The translations under genes were made by a program, and so were the position numbers. This document shows, piece by piece, positions 17,832 to 29,822 of a stretch of DNA of 64,000 bases. The notes under the pieces are model-generated. The model worked only from the letters and a program-made list of their open reading frames with translations. It ran no database searches and had not been told where the DNA came from. This DNA comes from a virus: positions 64,001 through 128,000 of the IMG/VR virus record IMGVR_UViG_3300035661_000009, one strand, 5' to 3'. Each line of letters begins with the position of its first letter. Position 1 is the first letter of the stretch.

Positions 17832-19039
17832 CACCCCCAAAAGTTGGAGAAATTGCAGTTATTGGGTTTAATGAGGCTATTGCACAGATTCAAGCCATTT
17901 ATCAACATCTACATTAATTGCATTAAGAATGTCGCTACCGTTTTTATAAATAACGCGACGTTCCAGACACTTCATTTCATCTTTACGATATTTCCAGAAT
18001 TGGTCTGAGCATTTATTAGTAATACATAAATTATAGCCGGTGACCCTCGTTAAGTATTTGGTATCTTCAATACCACATTTACGACAAATTCTAAAACTAA
18101 AACTCATGGTGAGCCCTTCTCTAGCCATTCATCGACTACTGTAGATAGTTGACTTGTTTCGTCAATAGTCAATACTGCGTAGGGGTCGACATTATGCGCC
18201 TCGCGCTTACAATACTTATAAAACTTATAATTACATCCACCATCGTCACGAAAATTCTCTTTACAAAGACCTGAGTATTCGTGAATAGGAAAATAATCCT
18301 TGCTAATGCCGCAATTTCTGCAATGATTATTGGCCACTAATAACTCCAATTAGATAGTAGAATAGAGCGAATAGAGCGATTAAAGGAAGGCTAACTATTA
18401 CGAATGCCAATGAAATAAGAAATAGATTCTTAATAAATCTCATTAGCAATTCTGCTCAATCAATGCTCGACGACAAAGACCTACTTCCTTAGCATTTAGT
18501 TCATTCGAGACATCTCGAATCACCATATCATTTTCGTCAAGCAAATCAATTGTATCGATAATACACCACACAGACGACTCATTATCTGAATCATCTGGAC
18601 CATAAACGGTAATTTCTCCACGAATAGCAAGATCCATGCCATTGTAATTAATATAAGCAGTATAGCTACGTGTGTCTGACTGATTCTTCTTAATTTTGGC
18701 CATGGTATTTTATTTAATAGTAACCCGAGCGATAATTATCGTTCAGAAGTTATATTACTAGTTAACGCCAGTTAGTGTAAAGAAATTCGTAAACCTTCGA
18801 AAACTTCTCGCTGAAGTTATTGACTTCGTAGTAAATATCCATACCAGTGTTATGGATCTTGCTGTAAAGCTCTTTATTTGCATGAAAAAGCTCATTCATG
18901 AGGGTTTGACCAAAACGAACGTCATTATGTCCTTGCGCATGATACTTGGCAAGTTTTTGCCCGACATGAAAGAGAAAATCATCGACAGTTTTGAAAGACT
19001 TTTCGATGGGCGCGACGCTTGTGGATGTCATAGTGCCCT

Positions 19040-19068
19040 ACCCTAGCGCGTCAAGGGGTGGGCGTCAA
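19040..19068 (-). promoter_or_regulatory. Conserved early promoter TTGACG-17-TAGGGT
   Basis: Near-identical to the copy at 33815-33843; ATG of the next gene is about 9 nt downstream of the -10 (possibly leaderless). Confidence 0.75.
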
Positions 19069-20728
19069 GCGCCCTCGTAATGCCTAGCGGATACTACAAT
19101 AACGCCGTTTTTAAACATAACTGCGGCAGCTACAATACGAGGATTAACTCTAATGGATTGTATAGGATCCAGAACATTCGAGATACTTATCTACGTCCTT
19201 TACAACTTCCTTCTGGAATTGTAGTGCATCTTCCATTGAATTAAAACGCCATTGGCCACGGCCAGAGAAGTCTACACTATTTAGGTCGTGCGTTTTTGCA
19301 TCAAAAATCATTACTTCAGGTCCGGCATCAAAAGTATCAGCGGCGGACACTAGATAAATCTTATTGTCGGATGTGACATATACATGGTGCTTATCGGTAT
19401 CGCTCTTCACAATTTCTTCCTTAATGATTTTAGTTGTCATAATTAGTTATTTACCTTTTAAGTCTTCGTTATCTTTATTCCACACCGTCAATAGGCTGCC
19501 GAATACTATCCAAAACATCACCAATACCGCTAACATCGACCAATCTAGCGCTATCTTCTTCGTTTTTCGAAAAAATGCCGTCACTAATCCACCGATCCTT
19601 ATCTAAGACCCAACAGACTTTACAAACTGCGTAGCCATAATCATATTGGAAGCTAGCGCGAATACCACGGGTTTGGCAATTATTACATGAATCATGCTCA
19701 TTCATATAGACTAAGTTACGATCGTTGTATCCATTGTATCCATTGTATTCGTTAATTACCATACGATTAGTTCAAGACTTTGCTAGGGTTGTCTACAAAA
19801 ACCTCGACGGCGCGATTCTTATTTGCTTCGTTGATATAAGCTGCATTCATTTGATTAAATGCAGAAAAATAAATATCACGCTGTTCTGTAACTAGCTTCA
19901 ATAGTACACTTTGTGAATTAATAGCTGTGTGGGCGGCGCTAAGAGCTTTGGTGGAAAAATAAATATAAGCGGCAAAGCTAACAGCTACAATGCAAAGAAT
20001 AATTTCAATAGGATTCATAGATTACTCGCAGCGGTAAAGAATCGTTGGCTTAGTCGCAGCAGTATCATCATCTGGATCGTTATAATAAGCATTATCCGGG
20101 AAAGGATCGTTCATTTCCCTTTCTTGTTCTTCTTTAGATAGAGCTTCGAAAAAGCCCTTAGAGTAACATTCAGTGCAAGTTTGGCCATCAATAAAGAATT
20201 TAATATCTGCTTTAGGCAGCATCTCTTTACATGTATCGCAGTAATAAATAATAGCTGACATAATTAGATTAGCCCCATTGCAATAAGAACAGAGGGATTT
20301 CCGTGCTCACAATATCCGTCTGGCTCAACTTCACAGCCATATACGCACAAAGCAGGAGAAACGGAATCACATACCAAATCTTCAAGATATGAATTCCAAT
20401 CCTCTGGATCTTCCAATCCTTCTTCGCGACGAAAGTCTTTCTTTGAAAGACGAGACTTCTCATTACCATTAGTTCCTGTCGCCTTATTATTGCCGTTTAG
20501 ATTAGGATCGTCGCATGATTCGCACATTACTTATTTACCTCATCTTGAGTATTGATTTCGCCCGGATAATACGCCTTATATGTATCAGTTGCCCATGTAT
20601 TCTTAATCTTCCACATAAGCTCCCTAAACATATTCTCTTCTTTTACAAAATACTGAATAACCTCTGACTGGTTATTGTCTTTACGAACGCCATTCAAAGT
20701 ATGAATTTTCATATTATTGTATTTACTG

Positions 20729-20802
20729 TGGCCACAGTTGGAATCGAACCAACGACCTACAAATTAGGAATTTGTTGCTCTATCCAACTGAGCTATGTGG
20801 CC
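20729..20802 (-). tRNA. tRNA-Arg(CCT)
   Basis: Cloverleaf GGCCACA/TGTGGCC, anticodon arm ACAAA-TTCCTAA-TTTGT, T-loop GGTTCGATTCC. Confidence 0.9.
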
Positions 20803-20905
20803 GTTTATTAGCTATTACTTCTTATAAAAAAGAAAGTCTGCAGGATTCGTACCGACTTCATCATATCGATATTCAGCCTCACTTGGGATGGCTTGCTGCC
20901 TCTCA

Positions 20906-20934
20906 ACCCTACCACGGTCGTTTGCTGGCGTCAA
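20906..20934 (-). promoter_or_regulatory. Conserved early promoter TTGACG-17-TAGGGT
   Basis: Member of the repeated promoter family. Confidence 0.75.
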
Positions 20935-21366
20935 GCGCCCAGCACCCCCAATCACCAATAAAAGGAGGGCATTTCCTTATGCGCTGTATAGGGGCGATTC
21001 TTACTTAATTGATGAAATTGATGCGACTAATAATTTCAGTCATTATGCTTTCAATCCCATGCTCCTCTATAATTTCGGCAACCTTAATATCTAATGTAGG
21101 CCATATTATCGCAAATCCTTTACATAAATCTGCTGCTGCGGCTGCAACTTGTCTAAAATCCAGTCACGTTCTCCATAACTTAGATCGTGGAATCTCTTTG
21201 TAAATGAAAAGATTTGAACCTTTACGTTATACTCACCGAGAAGGTCTGCGCCTAAATACACTACTTTCTTCTCAGCCCCTCCAAATACTCTAATACTGCC
21301 CTTGCTTGTTTCTGTATAGCCAGCGCTGTTTGCCATATTTGCCATATTTGCCATATTTCTCCTAAT

Positions 21367-21432
21367 TATTAGTATCCTATTAGTATCCTATTAGTATCTT
21401 ATTAGTATCTTATTAGTATCTTATTAGTATCT
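21367..21432. repeat. Tandem repeat TATTAGTATC[CT] x6
   Basis: Read directly. Confidence 0.9.
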
Positions 21433-21460
21433 TATGTATACTATAACTCTAAGAAATTCT

Positions 21461-21532
21461 AGCCCACAGAGGGATTTGAACCCCCGACCGATAGTTTACA
21501 AAACTATAGCTCTACCCCTGAGCTATGTGGGC
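21461..21532 (-). tRNA. tRNA-Thr(TGT)
   Basis: GCCCACA/TGTGGGC, anticodon arm ATAGT-TTTGTAA-ACTAT, GGTTCAAATCC. Confidence 0.9.
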
Positions 21533-22780
21533 ATAATCACATAATTTTATTCGTTAACTTCAACATTCACAATACGGAACGTAACTTCAATCTCTTCCCA
21601 GCCAAGCGTAAAAGAGAAATACATAGGATTGTAATCAAATGGCTTCAATCCTTGACTATTTACGCCCATACGCGAGCATCTGTCCCTATATAACTTCTTA
21701 AGCGCAGTTTGTGCCAAAGTCAATGTAGCATAATAGCTATCAATACGCTCATTTATCCTAATTGCATAGATAATCATTAATCGACCCTATTGAAGATACT
21801 GTCGAAGACGCTGGCAATTGTCGTACAAATCATAGAACAAAGCAAGAGCGCTGTAATTGGGAAAACCTTAATGAATTCAATGATTTCGTGCATTATCGAT
21901 TTTCCACGAAAAGAAAGATGCTTAGCATTTACCACCCTCTATCGTTATTGGGGAATTCAGGCAATACGATATCCAGTTTCTTAGCGATTTCTTTAATCGC
22001 GTTGAAAACCCATTCAATCTTAGCTTCATTAAGCCTGATAAGTCTTTCAGCTTCAATTCTATCCTGACAAGTAGGGCAGGTATAGCTATAATCGCATGTA
22101 CATTTAGACATTTATGCAGCCTTCTTCCGCAAGTAGTTAATGGCCTTTTGAATATCAGTAAAACGCTTAGGAGATTTCTTCTTAGGGCGGAAGACGTAAA
22201 CGATGTTACTCTTCTCCAGATAAGAAATATAATAACCCTTTGGCTTAAGTTTTTCTGCAAAAGACTGAAGCATTCTTATCTCCTGTTTGGTCATTTAAAT
22301 CAGTCATTTAAATCAGTCATTTAAATCAGTCATCTAAAAACTACGGAGCCTGCTATATAAGGCAGGCCCACGCTACGGTACATAAAAGGTATCCGTAGAT
22401 TAAAACGCGGGATTTTACCACCATACCTTCCCGCTAGATAGAGCAAAAAATACATGAGACGCCCGTAGCATCAAACTAATTATCATGTATCCTAGTGGAT
22501 TTCTATTTCTTACTTCTTATTACTTCTTGTTCTTGCCAACCTTCTTATTTGCCTTCAGGAATTCAGTAGCAGCAACAGAAAGCTGATACTGGTTATAATT
22601 CTTAATACGAGCCAGTGCCATCTTTTCTCCCTTTTCCTTAATAGCGGGAGTAAGGCGATGCATTTCAACAATCTTCTGTCGCTTATCTTCGATTTCTCGA
22701 AGATTCTTGCCAAAGAAAGTCGGGGTTCCGTTCGTGGTGTCGTCTTGCATGGGTAGGCTCCTGACAGCGGGTGCCTGACA

Positions 22781-22809
22781 ACCCTATCACACCCGGTTTC
22801 CGCTTGCAA
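22781..22809 (-). promoter_or_regulatory. Conserved early promoter TTGCAA-17-TAGGGT
   Basis: Member of the repeated promoter family; CAGGAG RBS follows. Confidence 0.78.
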
Positions 22810-23362
22810 CACCCCAAGGGCCAAATGTTTGAGCTATTTAGCTAAGCTTGGCGTCTTTTGTGCAGCAATCGCACCAAATATAATGAATTGATACTTCATT
22901 ATTCTTATATGTGCTAATTAGCGTCCATCCATCTGGAGCCCAGTCTCCAAAACAATACATATTCTCGGTATTGAAGTATTTAGTAAAGAATCGTTTAATA
23001 CGCTCTTTGCTTGGCTTTCCAGATTTATTACACTTATCACATATTGGGTATTCAATTAATACTTCTTTAGTTGTAGGAGTTATCTCAACAATGCTTTCAA
23101 TCATCTAGCCAATCCTCCTCACTGTAGTTGTAGTCAGAATCGTACCAGTAATCATCTACAGGATCATAGTCTTCATAAAAGAAATACTCAAACTTATCTT
23201 CCTTCCACATATCCCCGATATATTTCTTTTCATAATGACCGTCTTTATATAGGACGTGTACTTCGTCTCCAAGTAGAGGCGGGGCCAGCATAAATTTATC
23301 TTTTTTAATCCTTAATAGCCACCGCCCTTCAAATTTACCCCAAGTTGCATATAACATAGTTA

Positions 23363-24364
23363 TTACCCGTTAATGAATGTTAACCATTGTTTAATTGAGT
23401 TATTACAGTAAGCAGAGAGATATTTCTGATTCCTTGAAACTAAATTATGGTCTAAATAAACTTTATGCATTACAGCTACTATACCATCTACGCTATCTGT
23501 TGGCGCGTGACATCCATTACTTACCCAATTAACTTCACTACTAGTAACTACAGGAACGCCAGATGTTACGCAATCGGCAGTAACTACATTAAACGTTTCA
23601 GACAAAGAAACCTGCATAGCTATATCCATTTGCGGCAAGAACGTGAGGAAGGCAGCATGATCTAGCCATGGAATTTCCACTAAGATATGCTTGCCATTGT
23701 GGAATAGCGCTCGAATATTCTTTAATACAGGATCTCCACCAGTTTCAGATCTAGTTGAGTTAATGAAGAAATTAAGCGTAGCATTCTTTTGTTCAGCAAA
23801 CTTGATAGCTGCTAAGGCTTGTGTAAGCTGATTTTTCATGGGTCTAATAGCGCCGAAGCACCCGATATTTACATAATTCTTATGCTGTAGCTTGTTGCTA
23901 ATAGCCAGACCTTGGTATACATTTTGCAATAACTTAATCTGCCCAGTAGCTAATATCGCAGATAACGCCTCATAAGCTGACTCGCTATTAACTATAATAC
24001 CTACATTCTTCTTAGCATAGTTAGAAATCCATTCTATACCAATACCTTCCATTGCTAGAAATGGGGCGTTTGAATGTAAATGTACATGCCATTCGACCGA
24101 AGGGTGGAGTTTCTTTAATATATCAAACTTATCAGGTACGACCCAAAGTGCTTCTATTACTACTATATCTGGGTCAAAAGCAGTTACTTCTCTATCTATT
24201 TCGTTATTGTCAATAACCTCAACCAACTTAGCATTTGTGCTATTTTGGTTAAGCATATCTACAATGAATTTAGTAGAGTTATACAGCCCCGAACGGGAAG
24301 AATATTTCTCCCCGTAGCCATAATTCTTCTTGCATATGAATAAAACGTTTTTAATTCTTTGCAT
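23363..24364 (-). CDS. GT-B fold glycosyltransferase (GT4-like)
   Basis: FDPDIVVIE, HVHLHS, IGCFGAIRPMKNQ, QVSLSETFNVVTADCVTSGVPVVTS; start placed at ATG 24364. Confidence 0.85.
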   Translation of the reverse strand: MQRIKNVLFICKKNYGYGEKYSSRSGLYNSTKFIVDMLNQNSTNAKLVEVIDNNEIDREVTAFDPDIVVIEALWVVPDKFDILKKLHPSVEWHVHLHSNAPFLAMEGIGIEWISNYAKKNVGIIVNSESAYEALSAILATGQIKLLQNVYQGLAISNKLQHKNYVNIGCFGAIRPMKNQLTQALAAIKFAEQKNATLNFFINSTRSETGGDPVLKNIRALFHNGKHILVEIPWLDHAAFLTFLPQMDIAMQVSLSETFNVVTADCVTSGVPVVTSSEVNWVSNGCHAPTDSVDGIVAVMHKVYLDHNLVSRNQKYLSAYCNNSIKQWLTFING

Positions 24365-26454
24365 TGATCCTTTGATTATTAAATTTCTACTGTCCAATCC
24401 TTGATTCGGATTAGATTAACTGTATAGCTATATGCACAAGTCTCGCAATGCCCACCCTCGTGGATTTCACTGCCTAGATTAATATTCTTTGTGCCAAATT
24501 TTTGGCTAACATTAACTAAGTCATCGAATGATGTATCGTGACACCTAACCTCAATAACAATTGTTTTACGTTCTGGATAATTTTCCCAATTATCGAAATC
24601 AGGCAAAGAAATGTTATGGCTAAACGATAGGTCTTTGCATAATTCCTCCACCTTCTTTTTAAATACATCTTCAGTTTTATTAGTATTGCTCACGATAGAC
24701 CCTCGATATGTTGCTCTAGATTACCACTATTGGCGTTCCAAGTCAAGACTGGCTTAGGCTCTGTATATGAATAAATCCATACAGCAGAAGGTACAAATGT
24801 CAATGTTGGCGGATTTTCATGCACAGTATTTTGATCATACAATGGCACGCAACCTGACATTGTAATCTGACCGTCCTTATATTCTTCAAACGTACCAATA
24901 ACCCAGCTATGCCCACTACCCATAGCCTGAATTTCATCACCCTTCTTAAACTTATAGACCATTGTAGATTCCTTTGAACTTACCACTTGGCGTAAAATAC
25001 ATAAAAATATCGGCTGAACGGCTCGTACTAAGAGTTAGTAGTATATATGCTGGTAGTACGCCGCTCATTTTCTCAACAGACTTTTCATAATCTTCATGGT
25101 ACTGCGTATACGTTGCGTCAAGCATACGCTTAATATTATCTAAATCAGTTGGTTGTGGTGGTTGTGGTGGTTGGGGTGGGTTTGTCATTTTTTTAGAATT
25201 CTTCAGTTACCCAAACTACGCATAGATCGTATTCTTTAGCAATTTTAACTACAATAGATTCACACATGCCGTGAGCCCGCTTAAAGAATTCATCTGCCTT
25301 AGCTTCATTGCCTAGCAATGCACAATAAAGGCAGTGGGTTAACTGTGAGTTATTGATATTGCTTGGGACCTTAACCAGCTTGGGTATATTAGTGTTCATT
25401 TCTCAGGCTTTTCAGCGAGGTAAACTGCAATTCCATATACAGAGCTAAACAAAGCAGACTTCCACAAACTATCTGTCAATTCACCTTTAAAAATCATAGC
25501 CATAAGAAAGACTGTAGTAAAAATACTACCAGCCTCTAAAATAGCAAATCTAACCGCTTCTTTATTGGTTTTCATAGGAATTCTGGATCAATATCCTTGA
25601 TATAAATCTCAATACTATGCAAGCCATTATGGCCGCAAGTATCACAGCCACTATTCATACCTTCTGGTGAGCCGAGATTGATATTAATTGTATTGAGCAA
25701 CTCGCTCAACTTTTGAAGCTGTGCGTGACTAATTTCAACATCCCAGTCATACATTTGACGAAAGACGATGACAAGGCTAGATTTGCTATCCTTCTTAACA
25801 GCAATTCCGTATTTATTCTCCGAATAGCCCCCATTCTTCTTCTCGCCAAGAAGGATTACTTCATTAAATGTAGACCATTGGTCATCACGAAGAATGGGCC
25901 AAATGCGTCGAGCGAGATTAAGTTCTTCGTCATTCATTTGAATCATGCTAGCATTTTTGTACATTACATAATCCTGTTCTTCGTTGTTAGGAGGCTTTAA
26001 TCTTGTGGGATGAGTGTAATTTCTACTTCCCTGACCTTACCACCATAAAGCCTTGCCCGTGTTGTTACATACTTCTTATCTTTGTAAAGGCTGGCGTTAG
26101 TAAGATCTGAATCATTACTGCCAATACCATATTCAGAATCATCATCGCGATATGTATTGGTTTTAGGGACGTAAATGCAATATGCCTTAGCCATTAGATG
26201 TCCAAATCAAACAAAAAAGGCTTAATATCAACCGGACGGATAAAATACTTCTCTTTATTGCCAGAAATGGCTTCAAACATCTCTCTAATAGCAATAGCTT
26301 GCGGGGCTGGATAAGTAAATGCGTTATTTGGGTCATTATGCCAAATGCTGTTTTCGTCAATATACTGAATACGCGGCTTTCCAGCGTATTCAATCTTAGT
26401 GCAAATAACGTATCGCATTGTCGCCTCAGTCGTTTGGGTTGTTGCCGCTAACCA

Positions 26455-26483
26455 ACCCTACCACGGTCGGTTTCCGGTTGCAA
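26455..26483 (-). promoter_or_regulatory. Conserved early promoter TTGCAA-17-TAGGGT
   Basis: Identical core to copies at 36523, 41993 and 44056. Confidence 0.8.
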
Positions 26484-27186
26484 GGGGCCGGGCAAGCTAG
26501 CTTTTAGGGAACCACAGCAACCAACTAATGAGAATTATAAGCAGAAGCGGCCAAATAGCCTCTATAATAGCTAAGACACCCATAATAACAACAAAGCCAA
26601 TAACAGCCAAGCCGCCCCAAAATGGATGTGTATTGCCAGAGCCGGACATGTTTATTTTAATCCTTTACGATTGGTACGAAGTTAATCTCTACGGGGTAAG
26701 GTACCTCTTGTGGATTGCCCATATCTCCATTGATTGAATCAAAGTATTCGGGAACAATACCATACATACCCGGAACAATACAGGCTACATCGAAGTAAAG
26801 TTGGGAGCCATCAGTAAATGCAATACGGATTACATTAACCGCTGACATATCTACATGTTTAATGGTCTTGCCTTCAATCTTCTGTGCGATTAGTCGCCTA
26901 GCTGATTCGTGAATTTGATTATTTGAAGTCATAAAATTCTCCTGTATCTATATTAACAACAATCATTTCGCCAGTATTATTGACCAATACCAGAGCTTCT
27001 ACTTGTAAAACGTCGATATGACTACAAAAATGCTCTCGAATATGTAATTCCCGGACACTCCCACTGTATTGATTGCCAGGGTTTTGTATGAATACGACTT
27101 AAGCTATACATAGCGGCTAATTTGTTATAATTCGGATAAAATGAGAACATTATTAATAGTTTAGTTGTTTATTGATTTAAATTTAA

Positions 27187-27271
27187 TAGTCTGGGTGGGA
27201 TTTGAACCCACAATCCCTTACGGGCCGTTTATTTTGAGTAAACGCTGTATTCCAATTCCAAGCACCAGACC
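27187..27271 (-). tRNA. tRNA-Leu(CAA)
   Basis: GTTTA-CTCAAAA-TAAAC anticodon arm, long variable arm CCC-GTAA-GGG, GGTTCAAATCC. Confidence 0.88.
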
Positions 27272-27318
27272 TTAAATATTTATCTTATCTATTAAAGCAT
27301 AAGCTCTTTTATAATTTG

Positions 27319-27393
27319 TAGCTGGGACGGGATTCGAACCCGTACTGTAAAGATTTTAAGTCTTCTGTCTCCTGCCAGTTGGACTACCCAGCC
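27319..27393 (-). tRNA. tRNA-Leu(TAA), short variable region
   Basis: GAAGA-CTTAAAA-TCTTT anticodon arm, GGTTCGAATCC, 75 nt. Confidence 0.85.
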
Positions 27394-28193
27394 ATATACT
27401 ATCTACTACATGCCCACCCAGAACGTCAAGTTAAAGGCTTGAGCTTAGGTGGGCAAGTCTCTTTATCGAAACTTCATATAATCTTCTGTCCAGTCAATTT
27501 CATATGATTCGTCTGAATTTTCTGAACATTTAACGACTGACTTACAATGTTCTTTGATTACTACAAACCATTCCTCACCCTTACAAATAGCGCAATCAAC
27601 GAAGACATTTGCATATTTATCGTTTGGATGGCCACCACCCGGTTTGGCGTAATTATAAAATGCTTCAACTGTTTTAAGTTGGGGCTCGTCTGGATTGTTT
27701 GTATTATCTACCATAGATTATTTAATTGTCAATTGTGGCAGTTTGTTTAAAAGTTCTATGATTTTATCAACATGAATTATCGTATTATAAAGCGCAAGAC
27801 CGGCAGCTTCATAGGACTCTTGAGTAGAATACGAGCTATTTGTCTTATGCTCGTCAAAAGCGAATTCGAGCCAACCCTTTAAATCATCAATTTTAATTTC
27901 TTTTCGCACATTTACGACTCCCACCAGATTGATTCAAAATCATTCGGATCGGACTCTTCATAAGCGTCGATATTAGTGTCTTCTTCGATTTCTTCACGAA
28001 GAATCTTCTCTTCCTTAACTTCGCGCTTATCCTTATGTGCGCCAGACTTGCGCTTGCTAAGCGCGTGGGCCCATGCCACCCCCGACCGACGCTTAGGACC
28101 TTGCATAGCCCGCTTAATCTTGCTCCTGCCCTTGCCCATTGTCTCGCCTTGCCTTTTGGTTGCCGGTCTTGCCGGTCTTGCTGGTGTTACCCA

Positions 28194-28222
28194 ACCCTAC
28201 CACGGTCGTTTCGTAAGGGCAA
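28194..28222 (-). promoter_or_regulatory. Conserved early promoter TTGCCC-17-TAGGGT
   Basis: Shares ACCGTGGTAGGGTTG with the family. Confidence 0.7.
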
Positions 28223-29136
28223 GGTCACGGCAGAGTCTCGACGGCAGAGCCGACGGCAAGCCCGCCATAATCCCACTCATCTGCCATATATTCGATAGCG
28301 GACCAATCTCTTGGAGTCATTTCTTCTTTACTCATTCCGGGAGGAAGTAACCAATCGTACTCTGGAGTTATAGTAAATCCTCTAGATTCTAGATAGTTTA
28401 CTGCTTGGGTATCCCAAGATGTTTCGTGTTCCCAATAATCACGAAGTTCTTTGCTTGCTTGTGACATATTTTCTTACCAACTAGCCATGTAAAAGAGCTT
28501 CATATCTGGATGAGCTTCGATATATTTTACCGCTCTGTCAATGATATTCAAAGTTTCATCGATATCTTCAAAATAAAAGTCGGTATAATTAGTATTTCCG
28601 AAGAAAAACCCGCTTTCAGTAGGTAGGATTTCGCTTGCCTTATCGTGATCATTCTTTACACTTAAGCAAGAGTTCCGCAAAGACAATAAACTAACTAAAC
28701 TAATCTCCGTCTCTTGGCATTCGTCAATGCCGTCTTGACAATTATCTACAAACCACTTATGAATTGCGTTGGCCTTTCGCCAATATCCTAGCTGATGTGG
28801 AGGAGAGATATGATCTCCATTTTCATCATACCCACCCTTTAGCTTTGCGTGTAGAAACATATCTAATCCCATTTTATGGCTCCTTGTCAGTTATTTAGTT
28901 GCTTAATTATTTAGTTGCTTAATTATTTAGTTGCTTAATTATTTAAGCGGTTTAAATGCTTCGTATCTATCTTTATGGATAGCAATATCCGTAAGCAGCC
29001 CTCTTACGGTTTCTTTCAATCCTTTGCCCCATGTGTGAGAAGCATGCTTAATAGCTTATTGCTAACTGAGTCAGTTAGCTCATCTAATTCCATGTCTGCC
29101 CAAAGCTCTATTTTCTTTGTTTTCATAATTACTTAT

Positions 29137-29394
29137 TTAATTACCACTACTGCCACTAACACTATAACTGCCACTAACACTATAACTACCACTCTGACTA
29201 CTACTACTACTATAACTACTGCCACTAACACTATAACTACCACTAAAACTATAACTAACACTACCACTAACACTAAAACTATCTCTATCACTACCACTAT
29301 AACTATAATTACCACTACGCCAATGCTTCAAATACCAAGGTATTGGAGGATAATTTCTAACTACTCTAGTATGACTAGTAAGTCTAGTTTTCAT
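29137..29394 (-). CDS. Ser/Gly-rich peptide, satellite copy
   Basis: Leader YPPIPWYLKHWR + (XS)n core. Confidence 0.75.
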   Translation of the reverse strand: MKTRLTSHTRVVRNYPPIPWYLKHWRSGNYSYSGSDRDSFSVSGSVSYSFSGSYSVSGSSYSSSSSQSGSYSVSGSYSVSGSSGN

Positions 29395-29404
29395 AATTAC
29401 TTAT

Positions 29405-29695
29405 TTAATTACCACTACTGCCACTAACACTATAACTACCACTATAACTACTACCACCAAAACTACTACCACTATAACTACCACTATTACTAACACCATT
29501 ACTGACACTACCACTACCACTATAACTACGACTACGACTACCGCTACCACTATAACTACTACCACCAAAACTACCACTACCACTACCACTAAGACTACCA
29601 CTATAACTATTACTACTACGCCAATGCTTCAAATACCAAAGTATTGAAGGATGACATCTGGTAAGTCTGGTAAGTCTGGTAAGTCTAGTTTTCAT
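29405..29695 (-). CDS. Ser/Gly-rich peptide, satellite copy
   Basis: Leader HPSILWYLKHWR + (XS)n core. Confidence 0.75.
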   Translation of the reverse strand: MKTRLTRLTRLTRCHPSILWYLKHWRSSNSYSGSLSGSGSGSFGGSSYSGSGSRSRSYSGSGSVSNGVSNSGSYSGSSFGGSSYSGSYSVSGSSGN

Positions 29696-29706
29696 GAATT
29701 TGATTA

Positions 29707-29806
29707 ATAGACATGTAGGAATCGAACCTACCTCTCCAAAGTTTCACCAGAACTTCATAGGAATCGAACCTATCTTCTAAGATATCACCAGATTTTATAA
29801 TGTCCA
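29707..29806 (-). ncRNA. tRNA-like RNA with two tandem T-arms
   Basis: Closing stem GTGGACAT/ATGTCTAT; ATAGG-TTCGATT-CCTAT and GTAGG-TTCGATT-CCTAC, each preceded by TCTGGTGA. Confidence 0.5.
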
Positions 29807-29822
29807 CCTCTTACGAGACGGC

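Larger units (their letters stand above)
17103..23357 (-). other. Run of small hypothetical early CDS (17103-17291, 17416-17736, 17877-~18107, 18104-18349, 18443-18703, 18762-19031, 19150-19440, 19475-19762, 19767-20018, 20022-20261, 20264-20527, 20527-20712, 21106-21354, 21547-21777, 21929-22111, 22112-22294, 22520-22750, 22838-23104, 23097-23357)
   Basis: Densely packed, co-oriented ORFs downstream of conserved promoters; many carry CxxC pairs. Confidence 0.7.
24379..28872 (-). other. Run of small hypothetical early CDS (24379-24693, 24690-~24962, 24952-25188, 25193-25399, 25572-25964, 25997-26194, 26194-26418, 26657-26932, 27463-27714, 27718-27924, 27912-28139, 28225-28467, 28474-28872)
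   Basis: Packed co-oriented ORFs; 28474-28872 has the MGLDM..GYWRKANAIHKWF pattern I recognise from phage hypothetical proteins. Confidence 0.7.
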
